Source: Octopus bimaculoides
Taxonomy: Eukaryota
Length of the DNA stretch: 38,930 nucleotides
Direction: 5' to 3'
Assembly: GCF_001194135.2 (NCBI RefSeq)
Contig: NC_068991.1
Coordinates: 48,738,775 to 48,777,704 of the forward strand
The notes under the pieces were generated by a model. That model did not search any database and had not been told where the DNA came from. It saw nothing but the letters and a program-made list of their open reading frames with translations. Made by a program: the position numbers and the translations under genes. This document shows positions 25,406-37,024 of this stretch, in pieces. The stretch's first letter is position 1. Every line of letters starts with the position of its first letter.

Positions 25406-25620
25406 TAAGGTGGTGAGCTCACAGAATCGTTAGCACGTCAGTGAAGTGTTTCGCTGCATTTCTTCCTGCCTTACCTACTGAATTCAATTTCGGCCGAGGT
25501 CGACTTCGCTTTTCATCCTTTCAGGTTTGGTAAAATAAGCACCATTCGAGTACTGGGGTCTATGTAATCTACTTACCCCCTCCCCCAAATTTCAGGTCTT
25601 GTGCCTAAGGTAGAAATTAT
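25406..25620 (+). mobile_element. SINE family D, preceded by a long (ATT/ATC)n tract
   Basis: Homology to the other copies. Confidence 0.88.
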
Positions 25621-25650
25621 TTAAAAACATTTCTGTTGTTGTTATTGCTA

Positions 25651-25920
25651 TGGTGGTGAGCTCGCAGGAGCGTTTGCACGCCGGGTGTAATGTTTAGTGA
25701 TATTTTGTCCGTCTATTCACTTTCAGCTCAAATTCCGCCGAGGTCGACTTTCCTTTCCATCCTTTCAGGGTCGATAAAATAAGTACCAGTTACATACTGG
25801 TACTTACTTTATATCAAGATGTTGTTATTTTTATACCAAGATGGGGTTGATGTAATCGACTAGCACCCTTCCCACTCCCAAATTTCTGTCGTTGTGCCTA
25901 CAGTAGAAGGAATGATTATT
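25651..25920 (+). mobile_element. SINE family D, tandem to the previous copy, with an internal hairpin and insertion
   Basis: Homology; contains taagtaccagt-tacat-actggtactta. Confidence 0.85.
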
Positions 25921-25921
25921 A

Positions 25922-26490
25922 GTATTTCATGAAAAGTCTCAGCTTATTTTGCTGGGCATGATGGAAAGTGTCAGCTGTCCACAGCCAGCAGATTGAGGTG
26001 ACACTTGTTTACTGGTCATACTTCAAGAACACTGCGAAGAATTCTTGCAGTTCAAAGCAATGCTGATTTTTGTAGGTGTTCTATCTTTACATTTGTACCG
26101 ATCTTATTGAACCATGATGGCTATTGAGTCCTGATACTTCCAAGTGCACCATTTACTATTGGTATCACGTCTACTCTCCTCATGAACCACAACCTTCGTA
26201 TTTCCTACTTCAAATCGTCGTAGTTGTTCAGTTTTTCTTCTTTCTCTTTGATCCCATTGTCACAGAGACATTCTACGTCGATTATCATGCAAGTAATTTC
26301 TTTTTTATCTACCATAACAATGTCCGGTTTACGATATCTGGTCAGGTGATCGCACAGAATCATCGCTTCACACAAGATCTTGCAGTCTGCATACTCGGTG
26401 AATCCTTCTTGGCTTTGCTCCTTCCACATCATTGCGCTTTGTAGGCCGTGATTTCCACAGAGCCCCCAATGGACAAATGGACAAATGGAC
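25922..26490 (-). pseudogene. 3' fragment of an R4/Dong-like LINE (restriction-like endonuclease domain and 3'UTR)
   Basis: VHWGLCGNHGL, KILCEAMILCDHLTRYRKPDIVMVDKKEITCMIIDV...KEEKLNNYDDLK*EIRRLWFMRRVDVIPIVNGALG...EHLQKSALL*TARILRSVLEV*. This is a PD-(D/E)xK-type RLE C-terminus ending in a (TAA)-like tail. Confidence 0.85.
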
Positions 26491-26495
26491 TACTA

Positions 26496-26554
<59 letters not shown>

Positions 26555-26571
26555 ACTACTACTACTACTAC

Positions 26572-26607
<36 letters not shown>

Positions 26608-26641
26608 GCCGACGATATAAAGAAATCATCTTCATTATTAT

Positions 26642-26860
26642 TAAGCCGGCGAGCTGGCAAAATCGTTAACACCCCGGCAAAATTGCTTGGCGGCATTTCG
26701 TCCGTGTCTACGTTTTGATTTCAAATTCCGCCGAGGTCGACTTTTCCTTTCATCATTTCGGGGTCGATAAAAAATATCACTTGAGTACTAGGGTCGATAC
26801 AATCGACTTACCTACTTTCCGAAATTGCTGGCCTGGTGTCAGAATTTGAAAAATTATCAT
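26642..26860 (+). mobile_element. SINE family D, flanked by (ATT)n
   Basis: Homology to the other copies. Confidence 0.88.
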
Positions 26861-26874
26861 TACTATTATCATCA

Positions 26875-26935
<61 letters not shown>

Positions 26936-27018
26936 TATTATTATTATTGTANNNNNNNNNNNNNNNNNNNNNNNNNNNNNNNNNNNNNNNNNNNNNNNNN
27001 NNNNNNNNNNNNNNNNNN

Positions 27019-27134
<116 letters not shown>

Positions 27135-28445
27135 TATTATTATTATTGTATCGGCGTAGTTCATGTCACGGAAACATTCTCCTTTCCTGAAAATTATATC
27201 GTAATGTGGAATTTTGTAACGCAGAAATTATATTATTGTAGAATTTCATGTTATATGAAAAGTCAATGAATACAGAATTAAAAGGAACAATTTTCTTTCG
27301 TGATTCGAAAACCTCGTTACGGCAAGATTATCATGAAATTATTACTTGCGTAACGTGTAAGCTCGCATTTAGAAGGTTAGTCTTGAAAATTTTGTCATAA
27401 TGTAGTATTTCGTAACGTAAAATCTAATTTACTACTATCTTCCACGTTATATGCATGTGAACGAACATGGAATTCAATGGAACAATTTGCATTTGGCAAT
27501 ACATAGAGCCGCCTTGCAATAAAGTTTTTTCATAATGCAAGGTTAAGCTTGCATTTGTGTGGCTAGGGAGTAAGATTTTTTTTAGTTGCCATTAGGAGGA
27601 GAGGTGTCAGTGTTGGTCTTTTTTTTTTCAGACTGGGATCTGGGTTGAATTAAGGGAGTTTGACCGTTGCCGTTTAATCTAAGGTCAACTCTGAATGAGT
27701 TGCCTCTGCTCAAAGGCATTTCAGCCATAACATCCTGCTTTTTCATTTTATGCAAATAATGCAGGATCACTTCCAAAGTGCTTTTGAAAAGACAATGAGA
27801 CGTAATTCCTAGGAGACTGGTTGCTGTGTCTATCATCTACGCTAAGGTTTCCTTTTGGAAATCGAAGTCCATTAGTTGGTGCATTAATCAGTTTAATGAA
27901 GATCAGCGGATAATTAGAAACAGTCTAATGCCGTATAAAATTAAATGTTTTATGTTATTTAGTTATTTCCTGCTAACTTGTAATTTACATCTCTCTAGGA
28001 TTGATTTTAAGAAATACCACTCTGGAATTAAGAAGATCGATACAACAAGATATTGAGTTCCATCCAAACTACAGAATGCAGTAAAAAAAAAAGCTTTAAG
28101 ATGTATCACTCTGGATAAACGCTTCATCAGCAAATACATAATGTACACTGATCTAAATCATAATGGTAAGTAATAAAACGATAAAACTTTAAGCCCATTA
28201 ACTAATTAGAAAATCTCTATAAGAGATGAAAGTAGCAATTATACTGAGAAGTAATGTTTATTGCCACTTCAGCATAGCTGTTCCGTAGGAACCGACGTTA
28301 CTGTTATTTTAACCTCAGGAGGACACCCCCTCTTGCTGATTAATCGATGCAATCTGCACCCGATATATATTGCAAGCAGGGGAGCGAACCCCTATCGTCT
28401 TTCAGCGACGGGACCACCGAACCGCACGGTTTGGAGTTACTTATG

Positions 28446-28511
28446 CTCGTCCTCAGTGGTGAATACTCGTCCTCAGTTGTGAATACTCGTCCTCAGTGGT
28501 GAATACTCGTC
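28446..28511. repeat. 20-bp tandem repeat GAATACTCGTCCTCAGTGGT, about 3.3 copies
   Basis: Direct reading. Confidence 0.9.
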
Positions 28512-28799
28512 TGCTAAAGATAGCAGTAGTTCGATCCAGATCACTAAATATAGAAAATAAATGACCACCAGTTACTGTTCTTGAGAGAAGGAAATTAGCT
28601 ACAAAAAAAGAACATTGCAATTTGCCTATCTTTAGCAGCGTCATATCAGTGGACGTGTAAGAAATGGGTGCTTTTCTGTTTCACCTGGTATTAAAATCTT
28701 TCATAAGGTTTATATATTAGCAACGGAAGCAGTATTAATACCGAGAGGTAATATTTCTTCTATAGCCGGGTTCGAACACAAGTTGCAGAAACAAAGTCT

Positions 28800-29036
28800 A
28801 CTCACCACACTTCTCTTCCCAACATTACTGCCTCGAGTTCCTGGATGCATTTCAGATCAGTGTCTGATATCAAGTTGTCGATGTAAGTGTGATAACGTTT
28901 TCCTCTTCTTGCCCATGAACTAATTTGGATGCTTCCAGTTCATGATGGTGTACGCAGTGACCAGATATTTGCAAGTCTTTGCTTGATCTTCTCCCTAAAT
29001 TTCGGCGGGATCTTCATGTGAATGTTCTGTTAGAAC
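28800..29036 (-). pseudogene. RTE-clade LINE C-terminal fragment
   Basis: Frameshifted KIPPKFREKIKQR / SGHCVHHHELEASKLV / RRGKRYHTYIDNLISDTDLKCIQELEAVMLGREVW, matching the RTE ORF end (GHC.RH...ASKLV...RGR...TYID.L..DTGL...EL...M.DR..W). Confidence 0.72.
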
Positions 29037-29305
29037 AAACTATACTACGGTAGGTAACATGACCAAAATCTCTCATATTGGCTTATGATGCAAAATACAC
29101 TCTTGTTTACATCACTAGCGGGGAGATAAATCCCCGATATTTCTAGCGCCGAGACCACCAGATAACGTGATTCCGACTTCTTTGACCTCGTCATAAGAAT
29201 AAACTGCTTTGTGCTAGAAACAGAAAGCAATATAGAGTAGCTTAAAGAGAATAAGCGTTGATAAGCCTACATAGGTAGGACATTGAAACAAGATTCTACT
29301 CTCAC

Positions 29306-29380
29306 CAGCCATATCGGTTTCCTTGCTCGAAACTGTTTGCACCTTTCTGCCTAACGTGATGATCTTAAACTGTTTATTTT
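29306..29380 (-). other. Candidate 75-nt coding exon
   Basis: Acceptor ttttttattacaacag and donor CTG|gtgaga. A single frame is open, phase 1-1: xNKQFKIITLGRKVQTVSSKETDMA. Confidence 0.3.
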
Positions 29381-29979
29381 CTGTTGTAATAAAAAATACA
29401 TTTCTGCGAGTAATGATTATGAGCTCTGATAATTATTAGTACTTGCATCTGAGGTGACGACTGCACAGTCGACTACTGGTTCAGTTCTCTCTCTCTCTCT
29501 CTCTCCCCTCTCCTTCTCCAACTGTTACACCCTCGATATTCCGATAGAAGAGTAGTGGGCCAAGAGTGTGTTTGTCTGCTCGCGATTACGTGGGCACCTA
29601 AAACAATTAGCAAAAGCAAGGAACATGCAACCAATTCATGCTCGCTTATGAGTGACAACTCTGGTTTAGTCGAGTCACGTTATGTAGAGAAAAGGAAAGG
29701 GTAGTAATAGGAAATCGAAGATCGTGATCTGACGTTATATTTTAATTCGGAAGGTTAGCCGAAGTACTGAAAGCATTTCGACCTTCCAGGGTCGATAAAA
29801 TAAAGCACAAGTTAAATACTGCGGTCAATATAATATACCATAGTCGTCTCCCATATTTGGGGTCTTTTGTCCATGCCAAAAAAAAGTCAGTATTTATGTG
29901 AGCGTCATTTTCTACCTGTCACTGATTTTGAATTTTTATTGATGTTGTCTACAGTTTGTTGTTGTTATTGTTATTGCTG

Positions 29980-29983
29980 TTGT

Positions 29984-30021
<38 letters not shown>

Positions 30022-30108
30022 ATGATGATGATGAGGAGGAGGATGAGGAGGAGGAGGAAGAGGAGGAAGAGGAGGAAGAGGAGGAGGAGGAGGAGGAGGA
30101 GGAGGAGG
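29980..30108. repeat. (GAT)n-(GAG/GAA)n trinucleotide tract
   Basis: Direct reading. Confidence 0.95.
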
Positions 30109-30134
30109 AAGGCAATACTATTTTGGACAGAGGA

Positions 30135-30352
30135 GCGGATTGGCACCAGTCGCAAAAGCATCGGATCAAATGCATTAGGTATATATTCCGGTTCTTTGCG
30201 TTCTGAATTCAAATCACGCAAAGGTGATTTTTTTCTTTCATCCTTCAGAAGTCGATAATTTAAAGTTCCAGTCAAGTACTTAGGTAGATCTAATCTTCAA
30301 AACTCCACCCTTGAAAATTGCTGGCCTTGTGATTCAACTAGGAATAATGATC
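30135..30352 (+). mobile_element. SINE family D, old diverged copy
   Basis: Decayed head, 'tctttcatccttcagaagtcgataat' and tail 'ctggccttgtg'. Confidence 0.65.
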
Positions 30353-32035
30353 ATTTTGTTGCAGCGTAGAAATCATCACAGCTTAGCCATTAAAAATAAA
30401 CACTGTTAACTTCACTTAAATATATATTATTTGGTGTCAAAATTTCCGCCGCACCGTCTGCAACCTGGTTACTATGATTGCTATTGCTGACCAAATATTA
30501 GGTTTCAAACTTTAGGACTCGAAAACTTCATAATGCGTGGGGAAAACAGGAGAGAAACACGGGAAGAGATATTGAGTATTTCGTCCCCATACATCCGTGA
30601 AGTCTGGTGTATAACTGATGATCGTCATGCACTGGTATCAGAATACTGTAGCAAGTGCTGACTCAACATGGCGGCAACAAAATTTTAACAAATCAACAAT
30701 ACCCAAACTGAAGAGAAAAGGGAATTCGTTGAACAATGACTTTTACGTAAGAGAGGCAGGGGTGAGAGCTCAAAATCTTGAAACAACAAATTGGGTTAAC
30801 TACAACTAAATTTCAGTTAAGTAAATTTAGAAATGGGTGTGCGATAGGAGATGGGAATTAATCTCACACTTGGCAGACATGGTGAAAACTCTCAAACAAG
30901 TGCTTAGTGAGACCACTAGATAACAATATTCTTAGCTACAAAGAATTTGGGGAAATTCAAACTGCAAAAAGACAAAGTGTATCGCAAGAGAATATAAATG
31001 TTGATCCAAATTGGGGGAGAAGGAAAGCTATTATAAAACAACAAGAAACAAAAGAAATAGAAAGTTCGAAGAAAAATCTATGGAAATAACTGCAAGAAAA
31101 CGAACTGAAATTACGAGTACAACAAGCAGCAAAGAAAAAAAATTTAAGGAAAATGAATTACTGACAGGAATCAGAAATGAACCCAACTGAATTTTATGGT
31201 CAGCGTAAATAGCATAGTAAAATGAAATAGACATGTGAATGTAAGCAGTTTATATTAACGAGTAAAATATAATTCAAATAATTCAAATAAAGGAGTTCGA
31301 TGTAGTTTCTTGATATGTTAGGAAGAGAAGAGCAATTTCCTTGGTGGGTAGACACTGCCTTAAAAAAATCAATTATCCATTTGGATAATTATTTCTTGGC
31401 GCACACTGTGAAAAAAAAGGCATTGAAGATAACTGCTAGATTTAGAATACCTTTGAGGATAGATCTGCTCGATCAGGGCTGGCCAAGAGCTGCACAGCGG
31501 TAGTAGCAGCAGTAACAGCAGCAACAACGTCCGAAGTTTTTTTCTTTTTATTATTTTCAATGTAAGATGTTGTAATCGGAAATAATGTCCTACCGTGTTG
31601 AGAGGTTGAAAGAAGCCTCGAGTAAGGAAAAAAAAACCCAATAAAACATTAAAAACATTAAAAACAATAAACAAAATCAAACAGCACAAAACGGAAGTGA
31701 GATGGAGAAGACACCATCATAGTTAGGTTCCGCCTTCCATGAAATTCTCTGCCCACTTGTATAGTAATTAAGTGTTGGTCTACGGTTCAATTGAGTTGAG
31801 GAGTTGTGTGCAGCTGTGCGTTATCTATCTCAGGGGCATCCTTGTACTAGTGTGTTTATGTTAGCATGTGTATGTATATTTGTGAGTGAGTGTGTGTAAG
31901 TGTATGTATCTATGTATATATGTGCGGGCGTGTATGTGTTTGAGCGAATGGTTGTGAGAAAGACGGTGTGTAGATGTATGCATAACTGGATGTACAGAAG
32001 AATTCATGTAGAAGCTAATATCTTGTTTAGGAACA

Positions 32036-32072
<37 letters not shown>

Positions 32073-32114
32073 TTTGTATTTATAAATATTCGTATTTATG
32101 TGCTATCTGCGTAT

Positions 32115-32181
32115 ATTCCACTGATGAAGGTAAATCATTCTTTTATGCAGAGCCAGAAATCAGAAATCCGGGATCTGGAAT
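32115..32181 (+). ncRNA. Type I hammerhead-like motif
   Basis: attcca-CTGATGA-aggt...agcca-GAAA-tcagaaatccggga-TC-tggaat. Perfect 6-bp helix I; helix III atc/gat, or atcc/ggat via the duplicated gaaat; helix II is weak. Confidence 0.55.
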
Positions 32182-32356
32182 TATCCAGTATTTTTTTTTT
32201 CGCTAGTTTATTTTGTCCCTTTGTGTCTCTACTGGTGCTGTATGAACATTTAATGTGGTTAAAGAGTCAAGTTTTGGCTGCTATATCTAGCATGGTTGGT
32301 ATCTATTAGATACCCTTAATTATAATTACACACATATATATATATATATATATATA

Positions 32357-33288
32357 NNNNNNNNNNNNNNNNNNNNNNNNNNNNNNNNNNNNNNNNNNNN
32401 NNNNNNNNNNNNNNNNNNNNNNNNNNNNNNNNNNNNNNNNNNNNNNNNNNNNNNNNNNNNNNNNNNNNNNNNNNNNNNNNNNNNNNNNNNNNNNNNNNNN
32501 NNNNNNNNNNNNNNNNNNNNNNNNNNNNNNNNNNNNNNNNNNNNNNNNNNNNNNNNNNNNNNNNNNNNNNNNNNNNNNNNNNNNNNNNNNNNNNNNNNNN
32601 NNNNNNNNNNNNNNNNNNNNNNNNNNNNNNNNNNNNNNNNNNNNNNNNNNNNNNNNNNNNNNNNNNNNNNNNNNNNNNNNNNNNNNNNNNNNNNNNNNNN
32701 NNNNNNNNNNNNNNNNNNNNNNNNNNNNNNNNNNNNNNNNNNNNNNNNNNNNNNNNNNNNNNNNNNNNNNNNNNNNNNNNNNNNNNNNNNNNNNNNNNNN
32801 NNNNNNNNNNNNNNNNNNNNNNNNNNNNNNNNNNNNNNNNNNNNNNNNNNNNNNNNNNNNNNNNNNNNNNNNNNNNNNNNNNNNNNNNNNNNNNNNNNNN
32901 NNNNNNNNNNNNNNNNNNNNNNNNNNNNNNNNNNNNNNNNNNNNNNNNNNNNNNNNNNNNNNNNNNNNNNNNNNNNNNNNNNNNNNNNNNNNNNNNNNNN
33001 NNNNNNNNNNNNNNNNNNNNNNNNNNNNNNNNNNNNNNNNNNNNNNNNNNNNNNNNNNNNNNNNNNNNNNNNNNNNNNNNNNNNNNNNNNNNNNNNNNNN
33101 NNNNNNNNNNNNNNNNNNNNNNNNNNNNNNNNNNNNNNNNNNNNNNNNNNNNNNNNNNNNNNNNNNNNNNNNNNNNNNNNNNNNNNNNNNNNNNNNNNNN
33201 NNNNNNNNNNNNNNNNNNNNNNNNNNNNNNNNNNNNNNNNNNNNNNNNNNNNNNNNNNNNNNNNNNNNNNNNNNNNNNNNNNNNNNNN
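32357..33288. other. Assembly gap (largest of eight; others at 7027-7130, 15128-15270, 18658-19255, 22966-23070, 26952-27018, 34585-34709, 35364-35638)
   Basis: Runs of N; almost all abut dinucleotide or trinucleotide repeats. Confidence 0.98.
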
Positions 33289-33339
<51 letters not shown>

Positions 33340-33343
<4 letters not shown>

Positions 33344-33470
33344 TATACGACAAGCTTCTTTCAGTCACCGTCTACTAAATCTACTCACAAGGCTTTGGTT
33401 GGCACAACGCTATAGTAGACGACACTTGCCAAAGGTGTCACCCAGTTGGGCGGAACCCTGAACCATAGTG
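33340..33470 (-). mobile_element. Composite SINE family A, core and head; its microsatellite runs into the N-gap
   Basis: 'ctcacaaggctttggttggcacaacgctatagtagacgacacttgcc'. Confidence 0.8.
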
Positions 33471-33489
33471 GGAAGACTGAAGCTGCTTG

Positions 33490-34295
33490 GCACAGATTGA
33501 TCTTGAACAATGCTGTGCATGCGCACTAAATTTTAACGTTCTAGATCACCCCAGTGTGTACAGCAGTGCTTGGAAGGAACGTATGTGGCGTGTGACCGTC
33601 GCAATGACCATGAGAGAGAAAGTTGAACTGAGGATCTGGGACACATTTTGCCAAAAGCTTGGCCATACCTGATCAGAAGCCTACGCAAAGTTTTCAAAAA
33701 GTTTTCATCGTTCTCGACGCAATCAAGGGAATTTTGTGCAACTGAAACCCGAGTCTCCTCTTCGTCAGCTGAAAGCAGTTCTGGCACAAACTTGCCAGAC
33801 ACGCGTCTCATACCTAAATCTTCAGTGATAATGGATTGAACTGAGCCGTAACTAATCTGCACATCCTCTGATAACTCATGGATGGGGATTCGACAATTTC
33901 CCCTCACACCTGCACGCACATCTGCGATATTTTTCTCAGCTCTGATTGTTGCGGGTCTGCCACAATGTTGGTCAATATCGTCATTTTTTCGGTCATTTTG
34001 GAAGCATCTGAACCACTCGTACACTCGTGTGCGGCTCATAAACTCCTTTCCATACACTTCTGCAACACTGAGTAAGCTTTGAGCAAGTATCGCCATTACA
34101 ACTTTTTCTTTCCTGGTCAATGCGACGATCACACGCTATACACGTTCCTTCTAAGCAGTGCTGTAAACAGCAGAAGTGAGCTAGAACGTTAAAACTTACT
34201 GCGCATGCATAGCATGAGTTCAAGTTGAATCTTTACCAAGCGGCTTCATTCAGCATGCTCTAGCTTCATCCAGATACCTATTGATTAGTCCTCTC
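33490..34295 (-). mobile_element. Second copy of the fold-back mariner derivative; 199-aa ORF retains the HTH domain but no catalytic domain
   Basis: ORF 34132-33533 (MSRTRVYEWFRCFQ...SGKFVPELLS...ENDENFLKT, then inverted 5' end). Same junction and same N-terminal deletion as 7891-8656. Confidence 0.88.
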
Positions 34296-34363
34296 ACCTT
34301 GCTAACTATCAGCCATTTTGTATTTTGAAAAATACAAAATGGCTGATAGTTAGCAAGGTGAGA
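34292..34363. repeat. Perfect 72-bp palindrome (35-bp arms, 2-nt spacer)
   Basis: tctcaccttgctaactatcagccattttgtatttt-ga-aaaatacaaaatggctgatagttagcaaggtgaga. Confidence 0.97.
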
Positions 34364-34388
34364 CGCACATAAGAAGGAAGGAAACAAA

Positions 34389-34433
34389 GGACCACTGATG
34401 AGGTCACAGAAGTGTGACGAAAGAACTCTGGCC
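34389..34433 (+). ncRNA. Minimal type I hammerhead ribozyme motif
   Basis: ggacca-CTGATGA-g-gtcac-agaagt-gtgac-GAAA-gaac-TC-tggcc. Intact core, 5-bp helix II, helix I ggacca/tggcc with one mismatch. Helix III is one substitution from the palindrome AGTACT. Predicted cleavage after 34428. Confidence 0.68.
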
Positions 34434-34881
34434 GAAATAAGATTAAGATTAATGTAATATAAAGCTGAAGCAAATTAACACCAAATATACAGTGCGTGTG
34501 TTTTTATTGGCTAAACTGGCAATATGACCATCTCCAAGTACAACAACATCTGTTTCAACACACGATTTCACATCAAAAATATTGNNNNNNNNNNNNNNNN
34601 NNNNNNNNNNNNNNNNNNNNNNNNNNNNNNNNNNNNNNNNNNNNNNNNNNNNNNNNNNNNNNNNNNNNNNNNNNNNNNNNNNNNNNNNNNNNNNNNNNNN
34701 NNNNNNNNNTATATATATATATATATATATATATATCACATGTTCGCCAGCAATTGCAAGGAACAAAACCAGACACTGAATAAACTCATTTCAGCAATCA
34801 AAATTTGAGCCAGAGTCATGAATATTTTTGCACTGGAAAAGTTGGTATCGAAGGCTAACACAGACGCTCTCTCTCTCTCTT

Positions 34882-34913
<32 letters not shown>

Positions 34914-36280
34914 GCATGCACGCACGTGTGCATATGTATGTTTGTGTACAGATATACATAAACACACACATAAACATACATACGCGCACACACAGTGGCA
35001 CATGCACATATACATAGCTATAGATGTATGTTTGCGTGCACACGTAGTGCATATGTGTATTTTAGGTGTCAGAGATTGTGTAAGAAAATATGCAGTGATG
35101 CATCTCATCCAAAAGTTTGTGGAATTTGATGAAGTTATTTATAAATTTTCCTTCAATCGTGTTTCTGAATGTATTTGTACTGTAGTTGTTATGATTCGCC
35201 ATATTCCGCCTTTTTTCCGATCTCTTTCTATTTGTCAGTGTCTCTTTGTGTCACTTTCTGTCTATTTGTCTATGTCTCTTTCTTTCTGCTTCTCTTTCTA
35301 TCTCTCTCCCTCCCTCTCTCTGTCCTATCTATCCCTGTTATTCACTTACTATGCATATATATANNNNNNNNNNNNNNNNNNNNNNNNNNNNNNNNNNNNN
35401 NNNNNNNNNNNNNNNNNNNNNNNNNNNNNNNNNNNNNNNNNNNNNNNNNNNNNNNNNNNNNNNNNNNNNNNNNNNNNNNNNNNNNNNNNNNNNNNNNNNN
35501 NNNNNNNNNNNNNNNNNNNNNNNNNNNNNNNNNNNNNNNNNNNNNNNNNNNNNNNNNNNNNNNNNNNNNNNNNNNNNNNNNNNNNNNNNNNNNNNNNNNN
35601 NNNNNNNNNNNNNNNNNNNNNNNNNNNNNNNNNNNNNNATATATATATATGGATGCATGTTTGTAAATGCACACATAGCACGTACACAAACACACACACA
35701 CACACACACAAACAAACACACACACACACACACACATACAGACAAGCTCACGCGTGTTTTGTAGAGGAAAGTTTCTATATAATGTAAATAATACTCTCTC
35801 ACCCCTATATACCGTTTTGTGCATAAAGATATACATATATGTCAGCGTGTGTCCGGGGCTTTCTTTTGTTTTGTTTGTGTGTGTATATATGTATTCGAGT
35901 CTCGGTTAGTGCATGTGTTTGTTTGTGTTTGTGTTGGGAGATTTAAACGTTTGTGTTGGAGGATGTGTCATATATTGAAGTAAAGAAAAATAAAATATCT
36001 ATTCTTTCGTTGATTTAAAACCGTTTAATACAATATCTCATTTTGTCATTCCTTGAAGAAAAGCTTAAATATTTAAACATCCATTTAAGATGTACTGTAT
36101 TCAGAAGACTGGCCTCGGAACAATGGCAGCAAAAACTAAATGATGTTGAATACCCAGTTGGCCACACGTTCAATATACATTTGCCTCCTAAAAAGACTAA
36201 ACTTCGTTAATTGCAGTGAATTTAACATCATATATTTGTATGTTTTACACTTTTTCAGTCCTCCGCAGTCTTTCTTTATC

Positions 36281-36335
<55 letters not shown>

Positions 36336-36367
36336 CTCTATATATATATTTATCTGTCTCAATCTAT

Positions 36368-36415
<48 letters not shown>

Positions 36416-36500
36416 GCACACAGATATACGCGCACACACATATACATATGCATATATGTATGCATACATCTAAATATACATATATGTGTATCTATACACG

Positions 36501-36536
<36 letters not shown>

Positions 36537-37024
36537 AAATCAATATAAGCAACAGGATATCAAGAAGTGATGCGGTACGACCGTTTCAATCAACTCCATT
36601 TAATTGAACAATTCAGTCATTACTTTAGTTTAAATGCAGAGCTATCATCAGCTGCACAAATAAATAGAATTTTAATCAGTTGGACACATTAATATTTTTA
36701 TCAAATTCTTTAATATAGCAAGAAGATGGAAGAAATCCATGTTGTCGCTATTGTAGCTAAGAATAGACTCTTCCTTGACTGAAGAGGCACACAATAAGGT
36801 CAAAACACCGCAGTGTCTCAAAGTCCCTTTACACTGGCGAATCGCATGTATTTTAAACACATCGTCTCTAAAAAGAAGATATTCTCCAATGACAAAATAC
36901 AAGAGCGATCAGAATATTCGGGTTCGAATCTGCCGGGACGTATTGAGAATGAATAGATAAGTAATTGTTTTAAATGAAAGGTTGTTTAAAAAGATGGGTG
37001 AAAGGAAGGGAGTGAGGAAGTGAG

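Noticed and set aside
25406-26860. Idea that the Dong-like LINE mobilises SINE family D
   Set aside because: Their 3' ends share no sequence, and the tails are (TAA)n versus (ATT)n on the respective sense strands.
27582-28165. Protein-like ORF at 27582-27836 and a candidate plus-strand exon ending ATG|gtaagt at about 28163
   Set aside because: No recognisable homology, and the stronger acceptor leads to stops in all frames.
28446-28511. CRISPR-like appearance of the 20-bp repeat
   Set aside because: The units are directly adjacent with no spacers, and the context is eukaryotic.
30655-31200. YY1-like CAACATGGCGGC followed by purine-rich quasi-coding sequence
   Set aside because: The ATG is followed by a stop after six codons and no recognisable domain is present; possibly a decayed LINE ORF1, but unsupported.
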